A DNA stretch of 64,000 nucleotides from Octopus vulgaris (GCA_951406725.2 OX597814.1:160022001-160086000), one strand, 5' to 3'. Shown: positions 12,321 to 26,552, numbered from the stretch's first letter. Notes: generated by a model from the letters alone, not told the origin. Numbers and translations are program-made.

Positions 12321-12555
12321 TATAATAGGATGATATATATTTAGGAATCTATAATAGGTTGATAAATATTTTCAAGCTTATAAAAGTACAAATCACTATT
12401 TTTGGCCAAGATAAGATACTGAGTTTGTCAATGTTGTATTGGTACGATGTTGTAAATTCTAGTATTGGCCAAGTTATCTTAGAAGTTATGCAGGCTTATC
12501 TCTCTCAGAGCTATGTATTCTTTGACAATGATATCTGTGCTTATAAACTTATTTT

Positions 12556-12850
12556 CTTAAGCTCGTCGCTCCCTTCGGAGCATAGTTCATCGATGACTTA
12601 GGATGTTTGTCCTGCTTCTTTCTCTCCTCGGTTTTGAATTGTTATCGATGATTCTGTAACTTTGGGGGTTTTTTTCTAGGTAGGGATTTTGGCCCTTGGC
12701 AAACCCATTTTATATTAGTCTGGCCTCTTATCCTTTGACCGGGCCGACTTGGACAACAATACCAGGAGCTTGCGCTCTACCGACATAGCTCTATGAGTCA
12801 TTGCGCCCCACAGAAGCTACTACATTGCAACAAAGACTAGAGCTCGTTGT
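12556..12850 (-). mobile_element. Bipartite non-autonomous RTE-type retroelement (5'UTR joined to 3' tail)
   Basis: Minus strand CAATGACTCATAGAGCTATGTCGG..GCAAGCTCCTGGTA..GGTCAAAGG..GGCCAGACTAA resembles RTE 5'UTRs; the end TCGATGAACTATGCTCC..GGGAGCGACGAGCTTAAG resembles RTE 3' ends. Confidence 0.6.
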
Positions 12851-14459
12851 AATGTACTGATAAAAGCGAGTTATAAAATCGTCTTTGCCTAACCAATCTC
12901 GCAGCCAAATACTACGTTTGACATAACAATATGTAGGTGCAGGATTTGAACTATTTATATTACAAAGTAATTTACTATTGTAAGTTCGAATAGAACTTGC
13001 AAAGTTTCTGCACGTAGCCTAGTTAATCTTGTTCACATTTCTGTTAAAAATTTTGCAGTGTTTATGGTTCATTAGCAAGTGAAAGGGGGGGGGATAGATT
13101 AAGAAGCTATCTAATATTGTAGTATTTAATATTATATAAGTTCTAACAATTTCATAATACGCAAGATTGTACCATATGATTTTCCATTTCTATTTCTACG
13201 CTTTAGATGCAGACTGATATTGTATTACTTATCTTGTACCCAAATTCTAAATCGCGAACGTAAAATCTGAATTTTTAGCAAACTGTAAACATATTCCTAA
13301 GTATTTGTTTTCCCGTTATAAATCCCCGATCGGATAATACCATAAGCATTTACAAATTATCGATAAATCATTGTTTCTTGTAGCAATTTTTATATTTTTT
13401 GTATCCATTACTGAAAAATCCTCATTATTTCTTTCGGTGCGATGGTGTTGAAATTTCTTATTACTTTTCTTAAGTTATTGTCATCCCAGTTGTGTGCTTA
13501 ACAAATTTGTATATTTTGCTTACACATTTTAAATTTTTAACTTAATATAGCTTAATTCTATTAAATGCATTCAATTTTTTACACCTATAATTTATAATTT
13601 ATAACTAATTTCCTATTTCTATATTTATATTTGATTCTCTAATACCTTTTTCTTTGCCTATCACATACCTGAAGTTTTTTTTTCAAGTAGCAACTGTTTT
13701 ATTTCGTTTTTGTATTTGGTTTGCAAGATTCTTGATGTGAATACGTGAGTTGAAACAAATTTTATTGTGTCTTGGGAGAGTCACTACGCCAAAAATAATA
13801 ACATATGCACAGGTTCAGTTCCACTTCTTTATTGTTAGTCAATTGGTTAAATGTTTAATCAACTAACAAATCGATCATTTGTTTAATGTGTTGATTAAAC
13901 AATCATTCGGTTGTTTGTTAGTTAAAGCCCATTCGTAGGTATTTGCGTGTTATTATTATTGGAATAAGGACTCTCAAAAGACACAGCAAAACAAGTATTT
14001 TTCAGTATTTGCCCGTGGTATGTAAATTCCGATAGGAGTTCAAATTTTGTAATTACAAATGGATAATACGCAGATATTAATTCCATGCGTTGTTCATTCA
14101 CAGGATATCCCTCATATCCCTGAAACAGGTGTAAGACTACCCTTCTCTTTATAAATGTCCTAGAAATTTCACACTGCCTTGGATTTATTGTCTCATTTTA
14201 TTTAACATATACATGCTCCCACACGACACACGTTAGACTCCTCACTCATATTATTATCGAATCGGGGGTCTAGCAGCAGTCCTTCCGTAGCACTTACATA
14301 TACTTACCTGCATTTTGGGACTTTGGATACCAAAACCTCTAATATATATATATACAATATTAGATATGTACATATATACACAAGGGTACAACATGAGTAC
14401 CTATATCGCTAATGATAGAAGTCAAAAGATACTTCTGTACCACCGAATAGTCACAAATC

Positions 14460-16790
<2,331 letters not shown>

Positions 16791-17071
16791 CCAATTTATT
16801 GAAATGTCTACATTTTGACTCGAATATTTTTGTTTTCTAACAAATTTTGTTTTAGGTTCCTTTCCTTACATGGCTCCTTTAGGTTCCTTACATGGTTCCT
16901 TTTAGGTTCCTTTCCTTCTGGTCTTAACGTGATTTTACCTTTTGGTTGTTTAATGTCATCATTGCTTCTATTGTTACTGGTATTGTTGGTGTTTATACTA
17001 ATGTCGTTGAAGGAGATGGTATGTTGTTATTATTTTAAAGTTTATCTCTATAGGTTTTTCTATAGAATCCA

Positions 17072-17208
17072 GAGCCAGCGCTGAATGTTACGACTTATAC
17101 GTGTACGACATATTCGTATACGACGTATTCGTATACGACGTATTTGTAGACGACGTATTCGTTTCGACGTATTCGTATATGAAACGTCATAAGTTTCAGT
17201 ACCGGCTC
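17072..17208. mobile_element. Small MITE-like element: ~23-bp imperfect TIRs enclosing a 15-bp tandem array
   Basis: Left gagccagcgctgaatgttacgac versus reverse complement of right gagccggtactgaaacttatgac; internal (cgacgtattcgtata) repeated about 6 times. Confidence 0.6.
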
Positions 17209-17922
17209 CGAATTCCAAAGAAAATCTTTAAGAAATTTTAAAATGAGAACACCACATTGCTAACACAAAGATAAGATGCAATATTGACTTCTGAGTTCAA
17301 ATGGATGATTTCACAGCTAAGAACTCTTAAAAGATGTAATGGTCACGGCCGGAATGCTTTTGATCATAGGTCTACTCGATAAGGTTTAGAATAAGGCTAA
17401 GGTGTTACAACTATGAAAGCTGGAACAGCAACGATTACAGCAGCAGCAAAAGCAACAACTGCAATTACAACAACAACAATAACAACAACCACCTCGACGA
17501 CGACGACGACGACAACAGAAACAGCAACAACAACAACAACGTAAGACAGAAGATATTTATCACTGCATGATAAAATCATAAGATTTACAAATGAAATCGT
17601 GGAACGAAAGGCAAGATGGCGTTCAGTTCAGATTCATTGATAAGAAAGTTAAATTTTTAAATGCTCGAGTCAAAACTTAATGTCTCAGCACGACTAATTA
17701 ATTGATCAAGAAGAGACCGTTCGTAATTAGTTGGTTTCCTGTAGCGATATCAATGGTTACTTTCAAAGAGTAATTGCTGCTACTGCTGTAGCACGATATT
17801 ACAGAAAGAACGGAATACATTTCACTGCAGATATAATAATAATCAAAGCTACGATGGTTGAATGTTGTTGAGTAACTTCAGCAGGAAGCACATGTGGACA
17901 TTATTTATTACATTAGTTAATC

Positions 17923-17960
<38 letters not shown>

Positions 17961-18039
17961 AAAACAGCAGCAGCAGTTTCACCACTACCATCACCACCAC
18001 CACCACCAACACCACAAGCAACATCATCATTATTACTAA

Positions 18040-18255
18040 GGCGGCGAGCTGGTTGAATCGTTAGCACGTCGGGAAAGATGCTTAGCGGCATTTCGTCCGT
18101 CCTCACATTCTGAGTTCAAATTCTGCCGAGGAGGTCGTTTTTGCCTTTCATCCTTTCAAGGTCGATAAATCGAGTACCAGTGAACACTCGGGTCGATGTG
18201 ATCGACTAGTCCCCTTCCCCCAAATTCCAGGCTTTGTGCCTATAATAGAAAGGAT
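18040..18255 (+). mobile_element. OK-like SINE (tail type 2) ending in (ATC)n
   Basis: GGCGGCGAGCTGG head through TTGTGCCTATAATAGAAAGGA tail. Confidence 0.9.
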
Positions 18256-18291
18256 CATCATCATCATCATCATCATCATCAATACCATCAC

Positions 18292-18540
18292 CACCACTCC
18301 GTCGGTTACGACGACGAGGGTCCCAGCTGATACGATCAACGGAACAGCTTGTTCGTGAAATTAACATACAAGTGTCTTAGCACCAAAGTGTGACAGGTAC
18401 AACTCCTTTTTTGCCTGCCGATTTGACTGGAGCAACATGAAAAAAGTGCCTTGCTCAAGGACATAACGCTTCGCCGGGAATTGAACTCACGACCTTACGA
18501 TCGTGAGCCGAATACCCTAACCACTAAGCCACGCGCCCTC
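18292..18540 (-). mobile_element. OR2-like SINE, internally deleted
   Basis: Head GGGCGCGTGGCTTAGTGGTTAGGG..GAGTTCAATTCCC; tail shared with 4615-4925. Confidence 0.8.
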
Positions 18541-18574
18541 AGAGGTAGATGTGTAATATATATGTATATGTACA

Positions 18575-18930
18575 TGTGGTTGTATGACGTAGCTTTCTTG
18601 CCAACCACATGGTTCCGGTTTCAGTCCAACTGCGTGTCTTCTACTATAGCCTCGGGCCGACCAAAGTCTTGTGACCAAAGCCTTGGTAGACGAAAACTGA
18701 AAGAAGCCCGTCGTATAAGTGTGTGTGTATATGTCTGTGTCTGTTTGCTCCCCACCATCGATGTTGGTGTGTTTACGTTCCCGTAACTTAGCGGTTCAGC
18801 AAACGCGTAAGATAGAATACGTACTAGGCTTGCAAAAAATAAGTCCTGGGGTCGATTTGTTCGTCTAAAGGCGGTGCTCCAACAGGCCGCAGTCAAATGA
18901 CTGAAACAAATAAAAATAAAAGAATAAAAG
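18575..18930 (+). mobile_element. OR1-like SINE
   Basis: CCAACCACATGGTTCCGG ... GGCCGCAGTCAAATGACTGAAACAA tail. Confidence 0.9.
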
Positions 18931-19074
18931 AATATATACAAGACAATCAATACTTCATTTCATTTTACTATATATATATATTATTTATACTATATATTCT
19001 ATATAATATTATAAAGAATATAAATAAAACATAAAAAACAGAGTTGGAATTTCTTTGAATAATATATTTTTTTC

Positions 19075-19289
19075 TTTCTTTCTTTTACTTGTTTCAGTCA
19101 TTTGACTGCGGCCATGCTGGAGCACCGCATTTAATCGAGCAACTCAACCCCGGGACTTAATCTTTGTAAGCCCAGTACTTATTCTATCGGTCTCTTTTGC
19201 CGAACCGCTTAGTGACGGGGACATAAAGACACCAGCATCGATTGTCAAGCAATGCTAGGGGGACAAACACAGACACACAAACATACACG

Positions 19290-19331
<42 letters not shown>

Positions 19332-19497
19332 TACGACTGGCTTCTTTCAATTTCCGTCTACCAAATTCACTCACAAGGCTTTGGTCTGCCCGAGGTTATA
19401 GTAGAAAACACTTGCCCAAGGTGCCACGCAGTGCGACTGAACCTGGAACCATGTGGTTGGTAAGCAAGCTACTTACCACACAGCCAATCCTACGCCA
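19075..19497 (-). mobile_element. Full-length OR1-like SINE
   Basis: Head GGCGTAGGATTGGCTGTGTGGTAAGTAGCTTGC through tail GACTGAAACAAGTAAAAGA. Confidence 0.9.
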
Positions 19498-19578
19498 ATA
19501 TATATAATATATTTACGTTTATACATAATATATGTATATAATATGTATATATGATATACGTATATATCTATATATACG

Positions 19579-19611
<33 letters not shown>

Positions 19612-21392
19612 ACGTATATATGCGTGTGTATATATATCTATATGAACTTATAAATATATACACGTACATACTTACATACATATTAGATCATACATACATA
19701 CATACATACATACATACATACATACATACATACATACATAAATACATGCATACATACATACATACACTCAGCCTCTAGGTTATTAAGCTTTAATTTCCTC
19801 TTTAAAAAAAGAATCAACAAATATTCTTAAAAACTGAAATTTGTTTTCTTGGCCTTAAACAACAATATATTGTCACGTGTTCAGGCTGAAGTCGCTCAGA
19901 AGGTAAAAATGGAAGCTAAATAGAAGGGAAAAGCACTGAATTATATATAATGCAATACCTTAAAAGAAAAGTAAAAATAAAGTCAGGAATTTAAAGATTG
20001 GTGTATAAAGTGTAAAGAAACCAACATTGTGGTTAACAACAATGAAAAAGAAAGCAAAAATTCTTTAAAATACATTTTGTAAGACGAAATTTTCAAATAA
20101 ATAACAAGAACGCACGTTAAATAAAAATGATAGAAAAATAGCAACTTCAAATTTCTTCGTTAAAAATGTACATATTGCTTCGAAAGTTGTCGTCATAATA
20201 GAATTACTGTTTTCTCGTCGTTCGATGGAGAGTGACGTCATAATTATATTTCCATATCTTTCCATAAAAATAACAGCTTTCCGGGGTTGTTGTCCGTATT
20301 TCAGTGTTGCAATCAGCAACATTTTTTACATTTCATTTTTAGTGTTTCGTGGCCACCCAAATGAAAATGGTTCCACAATTTACTCTCACCTTATGACACG
20401 ACGTAAGCTTATTACAAGCAACCGAAAGAAAAACACAATCTAATTCCTTCAAAATCATGTTACTATGGAGAGCGACATTCTCCAACGTTATTGAGTTAGC
20501 TACCTTGTTCACGGATTAATGAATGACACGTCCGCCAAGGATCGTGATCTATCGCTAGGGGGATTCTTTCGTGATAGTGCTTTCGTTTTCGTCAATTAAG
20601 AAAGAGTTTCCGTTTATATTGTGTTCAATAATTAGCTTAGAGACTAGAAAATCTTCATCAGAAAGAAACCTGTCTTGTAGTCCGAATTATATCGTCCGGT
20701 CTGAAGCCAGTGGAGAGTTGTGCCAAGAGCCATCTCACGCTTTCATATGCTAAGTAAGAACGATAAAGCATAACTTCGGACAGAAAAATGGAAGAACATC
20801 TAAGAGGTCGCTGGAATGGAGACCATTAAATGTTGCATCTTTCAAGGAGTTGTTTTTCGACCCACTAAAATGTCATTTAGTTTTCTAAATTGAAAATGTT
20901 GAAGAGCTTTAAGCAGCGAATTTGCTGCACCTATTGACTTCTAAGTCACGTCAACACTTACCTTAGGACATAATAGTTGTATGGAAACAGAAATTGTAAG
21001 AAAGGAGTGAAGAAAGAGCATGGACGGACAAATAAAACAGGCATAGGGAGCAATGGAGAAGAAAGAGCGAAAAAGGAATGAAAAAGCAGAGAGAGATGGC
21101 GAAAGAAAGAGAACGAAAGAAAGCAGAAACAGTGAATGAAAGGATGAATAAAGAAAGGAGAAATATGAGGAATAGATTATGTTTGAAGGGATGCTGTGTT
21201 AGAAATAAACGAGAGACTGTCAACGATATACAGCAATGGAACACAGAAAACAAACTTGATTAACAAAAATGAAAACCACTACCGCCATCACCACCACCAC
21301 CACAACTACCACCACCACCACCACCACAACCACTACCACCACCGCCGCCGCCGCCACTATCACCACTACACCCGCCACAACCACCACCACTA

Positions 21393-21570
21393 TAGGCACA
21401 AGGACAGAAATTTTGGGACAGTGGGCTTGTCGATTACATCGACTTCAGCGCTCCGCTGGTACTTATTTTATCAACCCAGGAAGGATGACGAAAAGTTGAC
21501 TTCAGTGGAGTTTGAACGTAAAAAGCGGGAAGAAATACCGCTGAGAATTTTTGTCCGACACGCTAACCAC
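21393..21570 (-). mobile_element. Degenerate OK-like SINE
   Basis: OK body in reverse orientation, adjacent to (ACC)n. Confidence 0.7.
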
Positions 21571-21581
21571 TAAGTGATCAC

Positions 21582-21624
<43 letters not shown>

Positions 21625-21669
21625 GGCCAGAATTTTTTTAGGGCAGGAGGCCAGTTGTGATGGACGTTA

Positions 21670-22339
21670 TCTAGAAAATACCAAACATCTCTGGCATATA
21701 ACCATAAAACACATGGGGCAGACCATCAAAACCGAGTGATTTGTTCCTTGTTTAACCACTCAATATTTCTTGCTTCGCAGTTGCCGTTATTAACCTTTCG
21801 CAGACCCTTGCTTTTCTTCCGAGAGTTACGGAAAACCTTTGGGGTAAGCAGTAAAGTCCATAATTCTCTGACCTGTCGCTTCCTCTCAAGAGTTGAACAA
21901 AGAGCTGCTGGAAGGCCGCACACGTTTGCTTGAAACCGCGCAGTACGCCCATCCTGATCTGTCAAAGACTGAATTGTGGCTTTGTTTCCACATTGCACTG
22001 GCACCACCCGAGCCTATCGAATGACTTTCGTTCCTTCTTGTTTTGGTGCACGAGCCTTAGCTCTGACAACGCAGCCTTCGTGCTTCGCATTCAAGAAATG
22101 GTCGCGGGCCATCTTGCCGCTGGCACTTTTGTCGCGGCACTACTTTTTATTGCCTTTTCTAGTTTATTAATTAGCTCTTCTTCCCATCTGTTTTTCTCTA
22201 TCACTTGCTCTTTACATATTTAATTGCTCTCTTCAGGGTTTTCCATCACCTGTTATTGACTATTGTCCCTATCTAATGCAGGTTAACTAAATCGCTAATC
22301 CGGTCTCTGTAGTCTTTTCGCGTCGAGAAAGACGCACTG

Positions 22340-22340
<1 letters not shown>
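21670..22340 (-). mobile_element. Tx1/L1-clade ORF2 fragment (linker between endonuclease and RT)
   Basis: RKDYRDRISDLV..WKTLKRAIK ... FLNAKHEGCVVRAKARA..EG ... TIQSLTDQDG resembles the L1/Tx1 W..LK..IK and GA.IRSRA.W..EG motifs. Confidence 0.6.
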
Positions 22341-22400
<60 letters not shown>

Positions 22401-22434
22401 TGATGATGATGATGATGATGATAATAATAATAAT

Positions 22435-23493
22435 GTCTAGTACAGAAGACTGGATGCTGCGGTTTGTGTGCAACACGAAAGCAGCAAAAAATCATATTCT
22501 GTTGTCAAGGAAGCTTACAAATTCGCAAGGGAACTCGGCATCAACCCTGAATTAGATGAACCTGAAACCACTGCCACGAAACAAGCAAACCGGATCAAAC
22601 AGACTGTAAAAAAGAACGGAGAGAAACAAATTGGGGGTGGGGTGGAGCCAGAAGCTTCTGCAGGGACAGTATATACTCCGAAGCCGAAATGTTGATGTAG
22701 ACCAAGCAACAACTCATCAGTGGATGAGAGGCTGAGGACTGAAAGCAGAGACTGAAGGTTTCATATTAGCAGCACAAGACCAAAGCTTGCTTAAAGAAAA
22801 CTACCAGGCTAATGTTCTTCAAAACGGTTCTGACCCTAAATGCAGATTCTGCGATAAATTTGATGAAACAATAGACCATCTTGTCTCTGGATGTCCTATG
22901 CTGACCCCAAACGAATACAAATTTAACACTCCTGCTAACTGGTATGAACATCATCCTCAGCCAGTCAGTGAAGGTAAAATTTTTACCTTCTTCTGGGATT
23001 TTCCAGTCAACACCGACAGAACGATCCAGGTTAATCGACCAGACATAGTCATTAAAGACCGAGACGGAAATACTTGTAGATTAATAGATGTAAGTGATCC
23101 CACTGATGAAAATATATCTGTAAAGGAATTTGACAAATTAAGTAAATACAAGGACCTGGAAATTGAAATACAAAAGCGAGAACTGTTCTGGTTATTGTGG
23201 GTACCCTAAGTATGATAAGAAAGGGATGTCAAAAACATCTAGATAATATCCCAGGAGAATCATGTCTCAGAGAAATCCAAAAGATTGTTCTAACTAGTAC
23301 TGCCCACATCCTTAGAAAAACCCTATCAGTTTAAATGTTTGTATTATATTACATGAAGATATTTCACTACTGCCCCTGCCACTTCCCTTTCCGAAGATTT
23401 CAGTCATACTGTAACATCTTTTATTCTTCACTCGCCCTAGGACGTTGGGTGTATCTCGGCAAGTGATTGTAACAAACATACAGATTAAAAGTA
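22435..23493 (+). mobile_element. 5'-truncated Dong/R4-clade LINE (zinc knuckle, RLE endonuclease, 3'UTR) inserted in (TAA)n
   Basis: LKAETEGFILAAQDQ, CRFCDKFDETIDHLVSGC, NRPDIVIKD..CRLIDVS..KEFDKLSKYKDL; (TAA)n on both flanks. Confidence 0.9.
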
Positions 23494-23569
<76 letters not shown>

Positions 23570-23707
23570 TATGATAAAGTTTCGAACAAGAATGTCGTGA
23601 ATTTTCCACACAGTGATAATAGCATATCGGTTCCGTCGGCATTCCAGAGAGGTCGTAATACGAGAATCTGTTCGCAGTGGTTGAAGTCTGTAACATTATT
23701 TCTTTGA

Positions 23708-25140
23708 ATTTCTTTATTACCCACTAGGGGCCAAACATAGAGTTGGACAAAACAACTGATGAGATCAGTGAAACGGTAAGAGTTTACATATAATATGGTT
23801 TTAAAATGAATACAATATATAAAAATCGAATGAAATAAACAATATTAAAGACAATACAAATGAAGCGCTGATCAGGTCACGCTCCGACCCCACAAGCCCC
23901 GATCTACCGCTGGTACCTTTTTATATTTTCTTTTTGACCAGTCTATTCACACGGTTCCTTGCACGCCCAACACTCAAGCAACATGCTTCCATCTCTTTTG
24001 GAGCGTACACTCCGACAGACATTTCTTCTCCGGCCACAGCTTCCTTTTTAAATGAAAAGAAAAGAAAGATCGTAAATTGTGACCAGAGATAAAGTTGCCT
24101 GTCTTAATTCCTTTTACCCTAGTCTTCCATACTGCCTCTTTTGCTATTGCTACAACCGTGAGAAAGCAATTCTTACCTTCGTTCGTTAGAACTCCCGGTG
24201 GGTCAATTTTTATAATTGACTCAGTCGAGAGCTGTACTCTTCCTTCGCCGGACAACAGGTGCTCAGCATAAGCCCACATTTCCGTTATCTCCGGACACTG
24301 AACAATGGCGTGAGGAACGGTTTCCCTGTCCCCTCGCATCTTGGACAGGTCGGCGACTGGTGTCCACTATGTCTTGCGAGCTTATCCCGAACGGGCAAGG
24401 CATCTCTGTAACATTGCCAGGTTAAAGACTTTTGGAAATTGTCTAACGTTCTCAACCCGAATGTACGGTAAAACAGGCTGTCCAGTTGAATAAATCCGAG
24501 ACCTAGAGTCGACTCCAGGTCATCGTCGCATTTAGACGCTATCAACCCACTATATAAGAACCGTGTGGAACCCCCGCCGCTGGCATTGCCCGAGTGCCGG
24601 AATAGCAGGAGGGCCTTACGGTACTCTTTCTGCCACTTACTCGACCTCGATCTACGAGAACACCAGGCTTCCTCTTCACAAAAACTTTTGAATTCAGGGA
24701 ACATTTGTCTGGCCAGCGGAGACCACACCCGTTCACTATCCAGGTGAGTCCAGAGGTGCCTCACTCTCAACGCATGTCTGCGCATCATTAACCAAGGCAT
24801 CCCTAAACCTCCCTTTAAAGGCTTTTGGCAACAGACAGAGCGTTTCACAAGTGGCAACTTGCCCTCCCACAAAAAGCGAAAGAGCTGTCTCTCCAACTTG
24901 GTCAACCTCGAATCCGGACAGGGCACGACGGTCAGGCGGTAGGTAATGACCGATGCGATAAACACAATGGCCACCTCCGCCCTCCCTTTCAGAGATAGCC
25001 ACCGCCAAGACCAGGTCTTGACTACTGCAACCACCCTGCTCAAGACCTCCGTCCAGTTCTTCTCTATCTGGAGGCCTGGTCCAAACCAGACTCCCAGCAA
25101 CTTAACCGGTCCATCCGTCCATCGCCCCACAACTCTGTCT
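23708..25140 (-). mobile_element. 5'-truncated Tx1/L1-clade LINE (RT C-terminus, zf-RVT, 3'UTR) with 19-bp TSD
   Basis: 281-aa ORF VKLLGVWFG..WSWRWLSLKGRA..FRFLWEGK..KGGLG..ALPVRDKL..CPRC, then ETVPHAIVQC after a frameshift; TSD tgtaa(c/a)attatttctttga at 23689-23707 and 25141-25159. Confidence 0.9.
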
Positions 25141-25320
25141 TGTAAAATTATTTCTTTGATGAATGATCTTTTGCAATCTCTCTAACTGCTAGGTAAACAC
25201 TGGGCTGCTAAGAGACCAAATTTCCGCTTATGTTGTGTTCAATAGTGAGCTTAACATACATACACACATACATATATACATACATACATACATACATACA
25301 TACATACATACATACATACA

Positions 25321-25352
<32 letters not shown>

Positions 25353-25787
25353 CATGCAGACGTAGAAATTACGTAAATTACGTCATAATTTCCTATGACC
25401 TAAGAAAAAAAATTGAAAAAGCTTTTCTCCCTTCAATTCTGTTGTTTTCAGAAGAAATACATTTTTAATCAAATGCACACACGCATACGCACATACATCA
25501 AACACACGCACACGCACATAGAGATACTTTCACCGATACATGCATACGTATTCAGATACGCACATACACTCACACATCTACAAACATATACATATGCATT
25601 CACCTATATATCGAAGGCTGAAATGTAATCAAAAATAAATTGATATACCACATAACAAAAGTTTAATATTTTTAGAATATATTTATTTACCATCCCACAT
25701 TGGGAGAAATCGTACATATATATATTTATGTATAATTGTATAAAGCAAAAATGCTAGTTCAAAAATCTCTCTAGCGGACAAGGTGTT

Positions 25788-25836
25788 CAGTACTGAGGGA
25801 TGGCAGAGATAGTCCGAAACCAGGACTGGTTTACTG
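25788..25836 (+). ncRNA. Hammerhead-ribozyme-like motif (type I topology)
   Basis: cagta-CTGAGGGA-t-gg..cc-GAAA-ccag-ga-ctgg-TT-tactg: stem I cagta/tactg, stem III accag/ctggt, GUU site; the core has one extra G. Confidence 0.55.
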
Positions 25837-26092
25837 GTCTCGTCGCTATGGGATGGTAGGGGTTCGCTCCTCTGCTCGCAATTTTATCGGATGCAACTGT
25901 ACATCGTTAACCAGCTAGAGGAAATGTCTTCTTGGGGTTAAAAAGCCGCTGTAGAGTCCGCTGGAGAAATAATATTTTTTTAAGATAGTGATTGGCTATA
26001 GGGGTCCATCAGAGTAAAATAGGAACTAAAAGAGATCATAGTCAACAAATGGTCGAGAACCAATGATTTCGTCAGTTACATTGGTATTGTTG

Positions 26093-26396
26093 TTGTTTGT
26101 TCCTTCTCGAGCCACGCCTGGCTCATAGGGCTGGTTTGCCAGTTTCCTTGGCGTATAGGTTCCCCACCTGGACGGGACGCCGGTCCGTCGCAGGTGAGCA
26201 GCAAGATCCAGGAGGAAAGTGTGAGAGAAAGTTATGGCGAAAGAGTCAGCAGAAGTACGACATTACCTTCTGCCGGAGCCGCGTGGAGCTTAGGTGTTTC
26301 GCTCTTAAATACACACATCGTCCGGTCTGAGATTCGAACTCGCGATCCTTCGACTGCGAGTCCGCTGCTCTAATCACTAGACCATGTGCCTCCACA
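26093..26396 (-). mobile_element. tRNA-derived SINE with V-domain-like segment, ending in (AAC)n
   Basis: Head GGAGGCACATGGTCTAGTGATTAGAGC..GAGTTCGAATCTC; segment CCTGCGACGGACCGGCGTCCCGTCCAG shared with 62095-62351. Confidence 0.8.
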
Positions 26397-26423
26397 CATT
26401 GATATATAAATATATTATATACT

Positions 26424-26552
26424 CCGCCGAGGTCGACATTGCCTTTTTTCCTTTCGGGGTTGATAAATTAAGTACTAGTTGCATATTGGGATCGATCTAA
26501 TCGACTGGCCCCCTCCCCCAAAATTTCGGGCATTGTGCCTAGAGTAGAAAAG
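26424..26552 (+). mobile_element. 5'-truncated OK-like SINE (tail type 2)
   Basis: 15-bp TSD aatatattatatact at 26409-26423 and 26553-26567. Confidence 0.9.

Noticed and set aside
23755-23782. CTGATGA-gatcagt-GAAAC hammerhead-like core in the antisense of the Tx1 3'UTR
   Set aside because: No credible stem I or stem II; likely chance.
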